A stretch of DNA of 64,000 nucleotides, taken from Escherichia phage vB_EcoM-E33. The notes beneath the pieces were generated by a model. It saw nothing but the letters and a program-made list of their open reading frames with translations. It made no database searches and was not told the origin of the DNA. The position numbers and the translations under genes were made by a program. The DNA lies in the sequence record OL780484.1; one strand, given 5' to 3'. Shown piece after piece: positions 38,173-45,488 of this stretch (its first letter is position 1; every line of letters begins with the position of its first letter).

Positions 38173-38529
38173 ATGATTAAGCAGATGACTATAGCGCTTA
38201 TGTTGATTGCTCCGGGAGTATTAGCGTCACAAGTTGGTGATAGTAATAATTCAATTGTCGAGTATGCTACCCGTACAGCAAAAGATTATTGTCATCCGAG
38301 TAATACTGAATGCATTATCGAATTCAGTTCAAAAATCACAGCTGCTTTTAAAGATGGGCAGAACGACGTAGAGCATCGTCGAATGAAAGAGAAAACTCTT
38401 TCTAAAAGATACGAGCAACGTCTAAACGTTACTGAATGTATTCCATCTGATAAAAAGTACAAAGAAATGTGCGCGTCTATGGTAGACAGACTCGTTGACT
38501 CTTACAACCGAGGATTAAACTCTAAATGA
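38173..38529 (+). CDS. small secreted Cys-containing protein
   Basis: Signal peptide MIKQMTIALMLIAPGVLAS; four Cys; ATG one nt after the upstream stop. Confidence 0.5.
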   Translation: MIKQMTIALMLIAPGVLASQVGDSNNSIVEYATRTAKDYCHPSNTECIIEFSSKITAAFKDGQNDVEHRRMKEKTLSKRYEQRLNVTECIPSDKKYKEMCASMVDRLVDSYNRGLNSK

Positions 38530-38993
38530 TTATTGATTATATTAAGGGCGATATTGTCGCCCTATTTCTTCAAGGTAATAATGTTGCACACGGGTGCAAC
38601 TGTTTCCACACAATGGGTTCAGGTGTAGCTGGACAATTAGCTAAGGCTTATCCGCCTATTCTCGCTATCGATAAAACTACTTATTTAGGTAATTTGGCAA
38701 AACTTGGCACGTTTACTCAAGCCACAGGTAATAATGGCCAAATTTGCTATAATTTATATACCCAATACGAACCAGGCCCTAATCTTGATTATGGTGCTTT
38801 AGTAAACTGTATGATAGAATTAAATCAACAAGCAAAAGGTCTTTTGTTTAAACCAAGAATTTATATCCCTCGCATTGGTTGTGGTATTGCTGGTGGTGAT
38901 TGGGACAAGGTTTATCAATTGATTAATTTGTTTACTCCTGATATTAATTTAGTGGTGGTAGATTATGAAAGCCCATTACCCGCATCCGTTTGA
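38526..38993 (+). CDS. macro-domain protein (ADP-ribose binding/hydrolase fold)
   Basis: GNNVAHGCNCFHTMGSGVAGQL and IPRIGCGIAGGDWDKV match the two macro-domain signature blocks (N-x6-GxGVA and P-x-IG-x-GI-x-G); ATGA overlap with upstream gene. Confidence 0.65.
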   Translation: MIIDYIKGDIVALFLQGNNVAHGCNCFHTMGSGVAGQLAKAYPPILAIDKTTYLGNLAKLGTFTQATGNNGQICYNLYTQYEPGPNLDYGALVNCMIELNQQAKGLLFKPRIYIPRIGCGIAGGDWDKVYQLINLFTPDINLVVVDYESPLPASV

Positions 38994-39177
38994 CCCTAAA
39001 AACAAAGCGGAAATTATTCGACGCTGGACCGAAACACGAGTAACTAAATGCCCTATAAAAAGTCAACACAACACCGATAAATGGTATATTGGTGAATATG
39101 TTGAGTATACTTTTATAGATAAAAATAAACGTAAACAGCATGTAGAAGAATATTGCTTAAAGGTGCAATGGTTATGA
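38965..39177 (+). CDS. hypothetical protein
   Basis: 70 aa; overlaps the macro-domain gene end by 29 nt; its stop overlaps the next ATG (ATGA). Confidence 0.45.
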   Translation: MKAHYPHPFDPKNKAEIIRRWTETRVTKCPIKSQHNTDKWYIGEYVEYTFIDKNKRKQHVEEYCLKVQWL

Positions 39178-39347
39178 GTCTGAGTAAAGAACAGAAAGAT
39201 AAATTGTTTGAGCTTATCCATGAGCTTATGGAACTCAACATAGAATGTGAATTTGATAACTCTCTGGATTGGGATTGGAGAGGTGGTGAAGAGGATGAGT
39301 TTTCTAAAAAGGAAAATGAATTAATTGCTTATGTAAATAGTCTTTAA
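39174..39347 (+). CDS. small acidic hypothetical protein
   Basis: ATG 39174 (MSLSKEQ...); ORF-track start 39153. Confidence 0.5.
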   Translation: MSLSKEQKDKLFELIHELMELNIECEFDNSLDWDWRGGEEDEFSKKENELIAYVNSL

Positions 39348-39356
39348 GAAGGTAAT

Positions 39357-39929
39357 ATGGCTCAACTTTATTTTCATTATGCGGCGATGAATTCCGGGAA
39401 AACCGCTTCATTGCTAACGGCAGCTCATAACTACAAAGAACGTGGTATGGGCGTACTCCTTTTAAAGCCTGCGATAGACAATAGAGAATCAAGCCATAGC
39501 ATTTCGTCTCGTATAGGGATTAGTCAAGAGGCTAATGCCGTGACTCCGGATATGGACCTATACGAGTTCTATCGTTGGGCTGAATCTCAAAAAGATATCC
39601 ACTGCGTATTTGTGGATGAAGCACAGTTCTTAGAACCTGCACAGATAAAACAACTGGCAAAGATAGTAGACAATTATAATGTTCCGGTTATGTGCTATGG
39701 GCTAAGAACTGATTTTCAGGGTAAACTGTTTCCTGGCTCTGCTGAATTACTCGCTACGGCAGATAAACTCGTTGAGTACAAAGGTGTGTGCCATTGTGGC
39801 CGTAAAGCTACTATGACTGCTAGGGTCCAGGATGGTATCGCAATTAAGGACGGCGCCCAAGTTTCTATAGGTGGCAACGATTCTTACGTGTCATTGTGCA
39901 GGAAGCACTGGATAGAAATAACGAGTTGA
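39357..39929 (+). CDS. tk: thymidine kinase
   Basis: 190 aa; YAAMNSGKTASLLTAAHNYKERGM, DIHCVFVDEAQFL, VSLCRKHW match T4 Tk. Confidence 0.93.
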   Translation: MAQLYFHYAAMNSGKTASLLTAAHNYKERGMGVLLLKPAIDNRESSHSISSRIGISQEANAVTPDMDLYEFYRWAESQKDIHCVFVDEAQFLEPAQIKQLAKIVDNYNVPVMCYGLRTDFQGKLFPGSAELLATADKLVEYKGVCHCGRKATMTARVQDGIAIKDGAQVSIGGNDSYVSLCRKHWIEITS

Positions 39930-39936
39930 GGGTATT

Positions 39937-40215
39937 ATGGACCTAAATTCAAAGATTTTAATTCTAGCGTTCGCTGTGGCTATTTCTTATATTGTTCTTT
40001 CGCCTATCATGGATGATGTGGCTTACAAAAGAGAGATAGAGGTTGTAGCAGCGACGTATAATGCTAATAATAAAGAGTGTCCTAATAAAAACGGGATGGA
40101 TTTAATTAAAGCGCATTATATGCTTTCCATTACCTCGCCTATACAGAGGAATTGGGTTGAATATAATTTTAACGACGTGTTCTATTCTTATTGTCGTAAG
40201 CTTAAAAAGCTATAA
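39937..40215 (+). CDS. membrane-anchored hypothetical protein
   Basis: N-terminal hydrophobic helix ILILAFAVAISYIVLSPI; 92 aa. Confidence 0.5.
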   Translation: MDLNSKILILAFAVAISYIVLSPIMDDVAYKREIEVVAATYNANNKECPNKNGMDLIKAHYMLSITSPIQRNWVEYNFNDVFYSYCRKLKKL

Positions 40216-40218
40216 ATA
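40211..40218 (+). promoter_or_regulatory. possible late promoter TATAAATA
   Basis: Exact TATAAATA overlapping the upstream stop, about 90 nt before the rI-like gene. Confidence 0.35.
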
Positions 40219-40307
40219 ATAATACTAACCGTAGAGCTTTAGCTTTTGGTAATCGCTATCGGTTAAGGCCGAAAGGCAAATAGTATAAAACAACAAAGGA
40301 CTTTTGT

Positions 40308-40601
40308 ATGGATATTTTCCGTACAGCGGCTTGTATCCTTATGGCGGGATGTTTAAGCCCTACAGTTTCACTAGCAAATGGTGCCAATGATAAATTGATG
40401 GATGCATTTGCTAGTAGTGCGATGCCTGTTTATGCGCAAATGAGTAGACCCAGCGTAAAGGCCTCCGAAGACTATTGGGCCTATGTTACGGCTTCCTGGA
40501 AGATTTCAAGTTGTCGGACTATAGAAGCGTGCTCAATTGAAGGTCGGGCCATCGGAGAGCGTTATGTAAAACTAATGAAGGTGGAAGATGAAGTTCAATG
40601 A
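40308..40601 (+). CDS. rI: rI-like lysis-inhibition regulator (periplasmic, signal-anchored)
   Basis: 97 aa, same length as T4 RI; N-terminal hydrophobic segment with LSP; C-terminal Cys pair region C..IEACSIEGRA resembles T4 RI C..FECIERGA as recalled. Confidence 0.5.
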   Translation: MDIFRTAACILMAGCLSPTVSLANGANDKLMDAFASSAMPVYAQMSRPSVKASEDYWAYVTASWKISSCRTIEACSIEGRAIGERYVKLMKVEDEVQ

Positions 40602-40971
40602 TTTCGTACCCAGTCGAGGGTCTGAAGTGGATTCTTATATTGGTTGGCTACTGGTTTCTTTAGCCTATTTTAAGTCAGCCCATTTAGAAACCAAAAGCTA
40701 TGCAAGACACAAAGCGTATGACTTCTATTATGTAGAAGTTCAAGGACCACTGGACCAATTTAGTGAGCAATATCTTGGATTCAGTGGCAAAGAATATAAA
40801 GCATCATTACCGTCTGCTTCAGACTTGCCTAAGGACCCTGTAGATTTCCTTGACGAGCTTCTTAAAGCATCTGATAAAATCTATGATACCCTTCCCAAGG
40901 CCATCCAGTCGACTTTGGACGATATCACTGGCGTCTTTTACCAGACTAAGTATTTGCTGACGTTAGAATAA
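40588..40971 (+). CDS. hypothetical protein
   Basis: 127 aa; overlaps the upstream gene end; followed by a terminator. Confidence 0.5.
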   Translation: MKFNDFVPSRGSEVDSYIGWLLVSLAYFKSAHLETKSYARHKAYDFYYVEVQGPLDQFSEQYLGFSGKEYKASLPSASDLPKDPVDFLDELLKASDKIYDTLPKAIQSTLDDITGVFYQTKYLLTLE

Positions 40972-40976
40972 TCAAA

Positions 40977-41002
40977 GGTCTCACTTCGGTGGGACCTTTT
41001 TT
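40977..41002 (+). terminator. rho-independent terminator
   Basis: ggtctcac-ttcg-gtgggacc hairpin followed by tttttt. Confidence 0.7.
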
Positions 41003-41011
41003 CGTTTAGGT

Positions 41012-41040
41012 GTTTACATCCTCTAGGAACATGATACTAT
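41012..41040 (+). promoter_or_regulatory. early promoter cassette
   Basis: GTTTAC 41012-41017, 17 nt, TACTAT 41035-41040, then agacctatcaa. Confidence 0.6.
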
Positions 41041-41068
41041 AGACCTATCAACTAATGAGGAGAACAGT

Positions 41069-41305
41069 ATGAAACTTACAAGTACTACGGTTTCATTAGA
41101 ATATGAAATCAACGGTCGTATCCTTGAGATTAAGATATTCGACGACCGAAGTATCTTCGCTGATTATCGAGGATACAGAATTCGTCTAGAAAAGGACGAG
41201 CTCAAGGAACCGTGGCTCCTTAAAGACACATTAAAGGGATGTGGATGTAAACTGAATACAGCCCAGGCCCAGGAATTGATTTCTAACATTAACAAATATT
41301 GGTGA
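41069..41305 (+). CDS. hypothetical protein
   Basis: SD gaggag then ATG; 78 aa. Confidence 0.5.
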   Translation: MKLTSTTVSLEYEINGRILEIKIFDDRSIFADYRGYRIRLEKDELKEPWLLKDTLKGCGCKLNTAQAQELISNINKYW

Positions 41306-41309
41306 TATT

Positions 41310-41492
41310 ATGTTAACTACTGAACAGATTGAACAAATCCTTAAACTCGCTACTGCTATTGAACGGGATTCTTATGATATTGCAGTAGAACATTGCGAAG
41401 GCTATTCATATTCCGGAATAGAGCAGTGTAAACGAGATTTGGCTAACTCTAAAGCAGCATTGGTTGAGTATCTTAATGAGTTGAAAGCATAA
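41310..41492 (+). CDS. hypothetical protein
   Basis: 60 aa, tightly packed. Confidence 0.45.
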   Translation: MLTTEQIEQILKLATAIERDSYDIAVEHCEGYSYSGIEQCKRDLANSKAALVEYLNELKA

Positions 41493-41749
41493 TGGCTGTC
41501 GGTTTTGCGAAGGATGGAGCCGAACAGCTCGAAATGGAAGCTGTTGTACAAGCCGCTATCACCCATGCGAGAGCACAAGTGGCTGTTGAACGTGAATCCT
41601 CTGAATTCTGTTTTGACTGCGACGAAAAAATTCCTGAAGCGCGGAGACAAGCGATTAAAGGTGTGATATATTGTGTTGGTTGTCAATCAATGCATGATAA
41701 AATTTTTAAACGTGAGCCACGAAATTGTTGGCACAGGAGCATGAGATGA
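41492..41749 (+). CDS. TraR/DksA-like C4 zinc-finger protein
   Basis: CFDC-x5-IPEARRQAIKGVIY-CVGC: C-x2-C-x17-C-x2-C with the IPEARR motif typical of the TraR/DksA zinc finger. Confidence 0.6.
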   Translation: MAVGFAKDGAEQLEMEAVVQAAITHARAQVAVERESSEFCFDCDEKIPEARRQAIKGVIYCVGCQSMHDKIFKREPRNCWHRSMR

Positions 41750-41840
41750 TTTACTATCTTGAACCTTGGGCTTGGTTAACAATGACCGTAGGGCCTGTTT
41801 TAATTGGTTTATTCTTTTCGTGGTTGGCGAGGAAACTGTA
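41746..41840 (+). CDS. possible 31-aa hydrophobic peptide (not in ORF track)
   Basis: ATG 41746 overlaps the upstream stop (ATGA); MIYYLEPWAWLTMTVGPVLIGLFFSWLARKL; its TAA is followed immediately by the next ATG. Confidence 0.35.
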
Positions 41841-42038
41841 ATGTTATATGACCCGAGTGGTAATTCTGAAGATGGTATTATTGTCCTCTTGGCAGATGTT
41901 GAAGAATCCGACGATGACATCTTTGTTAAAGATTGGGAAGAAAAAGGTGGAATCACGCTCCAACAAGAAAATGATATGATTTGTCTGAATGCAAGCCAAG
42001 TTGAAGAGCTTTATAGTATTTTAAAACATAACCGTTGA
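41841..42038 (+). CDS. small acidic hypothetical protein
   Basis: ATG 41841 after ggcgaggaaactgta (MLYDPSGN...); ORF-track start 41766. Confidence 0.5.
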   Translation: MLYDPSGNSEDGIIVLLADVEESDDDIFVKDWEEKGGITLQQENDMICLNASQVEELYSILKHNR

Positions 42039-42048
42039 GGAATAGAAA

Positions 42049-42609
42049 ATGATTATTGAAACAACTGAATTGTTTGGCGAACTGTCCGCTGAAGTAGTTA
42101 ATAACGCAATTGAGCTTTCACAAGAAGACGATAAAATCGTACTGACTATCGCTGATATTAAACCGCTTTATGATTTAATGGTTTTGGATAGACACGATTA
42201 TCTTAATGGTCGTGCTAGTGCTCCTATTGATATCAATGATGATATGTATGCCTATATCTATAAAAACGAAAACGGGTTTAATCTGGAAAATGGTATTGAA
42301 TGTCTGAGCATCAGCGATTCTGATAAATTCTTTGATTGTATTTTCAAACTGTTCCAGGAAGAATGTAAGCCGGAAGTTGAATGGAAAGTCCCAGGCCAAG
42401 ATGCTGTGATTCGTTCTAGTGAAACGTTTGAAGGCACTGAAGAGGAATTAGATTATAATACTGAACTGACTGTGCTTCAACATAACGGCCGTGATTTGCT
42501 ATCCTTGACCCAAAGACACGACGGTGAAAATGAAGTGGTATTTACTAAGGACGAGCTCAAAGCTTTAGTCTCTTATCTGAACTCTGTTATCCCAACTATG
42601 AACTCTTAA
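42049..42609 (+). CDS. acidic hypothetical protein
   Basis: 186 aa; SD gagga then ATG. Confidence 0.55.
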   Translation: MIIETTELFGELSAEVVNNAIELSQEDDKIVLTIADIKPLYDLMVLDRHDYLNGRASAPIDINDDMYAYIYKNENGFNLENGIECLSISDSDKFFDCIFKLFQEECKPEVEWKVPGQDAVIRSSETFEGTEEELDYNTELTVLQHNGRDLLSLTQRHDGENEVVFTKDELKALVSYLNSVIPTMNS

Positions 42610-42619
42610 GGAAAATATT

Positions 42620-43078
42620 ATGATTATCAATGCAAACTCTTGGCATGTTAAACTACATGACCGTTTTTATGCCAGTTATTCACGTCCGCGCTCATTATGC
42701 GCATACTTCTGGAAAATGGTTTGGGCGTGCTTTATATGTTCTGTGCTTGCAGGTAGTACTATTTTCGGCTTAACTGTTGCAGGTGCCGGTATATTGGAGC
42801 AGTTCTTTGTATTGAGTACTCCTGTTGGTTTAAGTTTAGGTTTTATTTTAGGACTGGTTACACTAGCTCTTATTCTAGCGGTAGCCGTTGGTATTGTGTA
42901 TTGTATAATGAATTTATGGTCCTGGTATGATTTACGTAAAGAAGAAAAGGAATGGCTACTAATTAAAGCTAAACGTGAAGGAAAGGAAATTAAAGAAAAT
43001 ATCGTTATTCAATATATCAAAGCTCGTAAATCTAAGGTCTGCCCTGTAATCCACTTCGAGAACAAAACAAACCCATAA
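42620..43078 (+). CDS. integral membrane protein
   Basis: Several hydrophobic helices (FWKMVWACFICSVLAGSTIFGLTVAG, PVGLSLGFILGLVTLALILAVAVGIVYCI). Confidence 0.55.
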   Translation: MIINANSWHVKLHDRFYASYSRPRSLCAYFWKMVWACFICSVLAGSTIFGLTVAGAGILEQFFVLSTPVGLSLGFILGLVTLALILAVAVGIVYCIMNLWSWYDLRKEEKEWLLIKAKREGKEIKENIVIQYIKARKSKVCPVIHFENKTNP

Positions 43079-43842
43079 TGAATTATACCAAGCTTTATGA
43101 TAGTCTAATCCAAAGAGGTAAACTTAGAGGATTAGACAAATCCAAATTAAATTTTTATACAGAGTCCCATCATATACTCCCATCATGTATTGGTGGGAGT
43201 GATGAACCTAATAATTTAGTTCTGTTGACAGCCAGAGAACATTTTATAGCACACTGGCTTCTAGCTAGAATTCATTCTGATTCTTCTGGACTAATTTATG
43301 CTTGGTGGTCGTTTTATAGCTTCGGTGAGGATTCTCTAGGAAGAAATCTTAAACTAACTTCTAGAGGATACCAATTAGTTAGAGAAAAATTTTCAGAAAT
43401 TCATTCAAATGCGATGAAAGAAATATGGAAGACTGAAGAGTATAGAAATAAACGTTCTATAACTATGAGTCTACCGGAAATAAAAGATAAAATGTCTGCC
43501 GCTCAAATAGAAGCTCAAAACCGTCCTGAAGTTAAAGAGAAAATTTCTAAAGCTATTAAAGAAGCATTTAAACGCCCTGATGTTAGAGAAAGGCATTCTA
43601 ATGCTGTTAAGAAATCTCTAAATAATCCGGAAACTAAAAAGAGGCAATCTGATGCTTCTAAAGCAAAGCAAAGAATAGGAAAACATTGGCAAGATTATGA
43701 TTTGCTTTATTCTTTATGGGTTAAATTAAATAGGCCTAAGCGTGGGGCTTTTGGTACTTATATTAGTAAATTAGGATATCCCAAATCTAACTACCAACGT
43801 TTAATTATGCAATTTATTGAAGACTATGAAAGAGGTGAATAA
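43078..43842 (+). CDS. HNH homing endonuclease (free-standing), copy 2
   Basis: YTESHHILPSCIGGSDEPNNLVLLTAREHFIAH HNH motif; N-terminal ~60 aa paralogous to the 19620 endonuclease; C-terminal repeats NRPEVKEKISKAIK / RPDVRERHSNAVKK / NPETKKRQSDASK. Confidence 0.8.
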   Translation: MNYTKLYDSLIQRGKLRGLDKSKLNFYTESHHILPSCIGGSDEPNNLVLLTAREHFIAHWLLARIHSDSSGLIYAWWSFYSFGEDSLGRNLKLTSRGYQLVREKFSEIHSNAMKEIWKTEEYRNKRSITMSLPEIKDKMSAAQIEAQNRPEVKEKISKAIKEAFKRPDVRERHSNAVKKSLNNPETKKRQSDASKAKQRIGKHWQDYDLLYSLWVKLNRPKRGAFGTYISKLGYPKSNYQRLIMQFIEDYERGE

Positions 43843-44852
43843 TGAGAACAGTTATGAAGGGATATTTTGGCTCCCACCTTTATGGAACAAGTACTCCGGA
43901 ATCTGATGTCGATTTTAAAGAAATCTTTGTTCCACATCCGCGTGATATTCTGTTAGGTACGGCTATGAACCATACCAACCTGAATACGAATAACACTGCT
44001 TCCAAAAACACTAAAGATGATGTTGACCACGAGCTTTACAGTCTGAAATATTTCTTTAAACTAGCGGCTGATGGCGAAACAGTTGCTTTGGATATGCTCC
44101 ACACTCCACCTGAACTGGTGGTTAAATCTGATTTACCTGATGTATGGAAATTTATCCAGGATAACCGTTCTCGGTTCTATACAACCAACATGAAAGCCTA
44201 TTTAGGGTACGTCCGTAAGCAAGCTTCTAAATATGGTGTTAAGGGTTCTCGTCTGGCTGCTCTGCGTGGTGTACTGGCAATCGTTAACCAGATTCCTGAA
44301 CAGTGGGTTGACTATCAAGAAGGAATCCCTGATAGACTTCGTCGTACTAAGGTAGAAGATATCAAACACAGACTCCCTGAAAATGAGTTCTGTGAATGGG
44401 TATTCCATAACCATGAGAAAACAGGCCCTCAAACGTTCTATACTGTTCTAGGACGTAAGTACCAAACTACTTTGTCTTTAATCGAGCTCAAGCAATCTCT
44501 GAATAAGCTCGATGCTGAATATGGTGAACGTGCCCGTAAAGCTGAAGCTAACGAAGGTATTGACTGGAAAGCTCTGAGCCATGCTTATCGGGCTGGGTAT
44601 CAATTGTTGGAAATCTACCAAACAGGCGACCTGGTATTCCCATTGCGCGAAGCCTCTATCATTAAGCTGATTAAGGCCGGTGAACTTCCATTTAAAGAGG
44701 TCCAAGAACTTCTTGAAGACACTGTTGATTTAGTCGAAGTACTGGCTATCCAGGCTCATAAGAACGGTATGCCTGCTAAGGTAGATATGAAGTTCTGGGA
44801 CAAGTTTGTTGAAGAGGTATACCTTGACAACCACAACTCTTATTATCGATAA
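43842..44852 (+). CDS. nucleotidyltransferase-fold protein (RNA-repair-associated family?)
   Basis: N-terminus KGYFGSHLYGTSTPESDVDF fits NTase G[SG]x9-13DhD; 336 aa; ATGA overlap with the HNH gene. Confidence 0.6.
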   Translation: MRTVMKGYFGSHLYGTSTPESDVDFKEIFVPHPRDILLGTAMNHTNLNTNNTASKNTKDDVDHELYSLKYFFKLAADGETVALDMLHTPPELVVKSDLPDVWKFIQDNRSRFYTTNMKAYLGYVRKQASKYGVKGSRLAALRGVLAIVNQIPEQWVDYQEGIPDRLRRTKVEDIKHRLPENEFCEWVFHNHEKTGPQTFYTVLGRKYQTTLSLIELKQSLNKLDAEYGERARKAEANEGIDWKALSHAYRAGYQLLEIYQTGDLVFPLREASIIKLIKAGELPFKEVQELLEDTVDLVEVLAIQAHKNGMPAKVDMKFWDKFVEEVYLDNHNSYYR

Positions 44853-44859
44853 CGAAGAA

Positions 44860-45048
44860 ATGAAGGTCTTTTTATCATATGGAAGACCCCATAAAACCCG
44901 ACGTTGGTATCTTGAAGCTGTCTGTAAAGAAACCGGACGTCGAGTCAATATCAAGTACGCATGCAAACCTACGCCTAAACAGACAAGACGATTTGTTAAC
45001 TGGGCTGTAAATGATATCCGCTTCTATAATTTTTGGAGCGCAATTTAG
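44860..45048 (+). CDS. small basic hypothetical protein
   Basis: ATG 44860 (MKVFLSYGRPHK...) just after the upstream stop; ORF-track start 44806. Confidence 0.45.
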   Translation: MKVFLSYGRPHKTRRWYLEAVCKETGRRVNIKYACKPTPKQTRRFVNWAVNDIRFYNFWSAI

Positions 45049-45069
45049 GAACCTTCGGGTTCCTTTTTT
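45048..45069 (+). terminator. rho-independent terminator
   Basis: ggaacc-ttcg-ggttcc hairpin followed by tttttt. Confidence 0.75.
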
Positions 45070-45088
45070 GGGTTTAGTGCAAAAAGGT

Positions 45089-45117
45089 GTTTACAACCTC
45101 GTAGAGCATGATACTAT
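45089..45117 (+). promoter_or_regulatory. early promoter cassette
   Basis: GTTTAC 45089-45094, 17 nt, TACTAT 45112-45117, then agacctatcaa. Confidence 0.6.
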
Positions 45118-45165
45118 AGACCTATCAAATAAATGAACTGAAACAACTTAAAACGGAGATACAAA

Positions 45166-45420
45166 ATGAATATTAAAGCACCTTTCGCCGGTAATGTTAT
45201 TCGTGAAGATTCAATCGAAATCAACGGTGTGGTAGTTAAAGCGGTTTTAACTGATATCAAAACCTTGGTTAAAGTTGATTACTTAACCTTTAATTTCGAA
45301 AACATTGAAGGTTATATTAATTTCCCACCAAGCATTAAAATGCATGTACGCCATGAAACTTGGTCTAAAGCAGATCAGCAAAAAGCAGTAGATTTTATTA
45401 TTGAGTTCTTCTCAAAATAA
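45166..45420 (+). CDS. hypothetical protein
   Basis: 84 aa downstream of promoter. Confidence 0.5.
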   Translation: MNIKAPFAGNVIREDSIEINGVVVKAVLTDIKTLVKVDYLTFNFENIEGYINFPPSIKMHVRHETWSKADQQKAVDFIIEFFSK

Positions 45421-45422
45421 GT

Positions 45423-45451
45423 GTGTACATATGCTTTAAACGTGTTATTAT
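45423..45451 (+). promoter_or_regulatory. early promoter variant (GTGTAC, 17 nt, TATTAT)
   Basis: Followed by agacctatcaaatctactgagtgaaatggagaatataATG, the same leader module as at 31170-31204. Confidence 0.5.
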
Positions 45452-45488
45452 AGACCTATCAAATCTACTGAGTGAAATGGAGAATATA

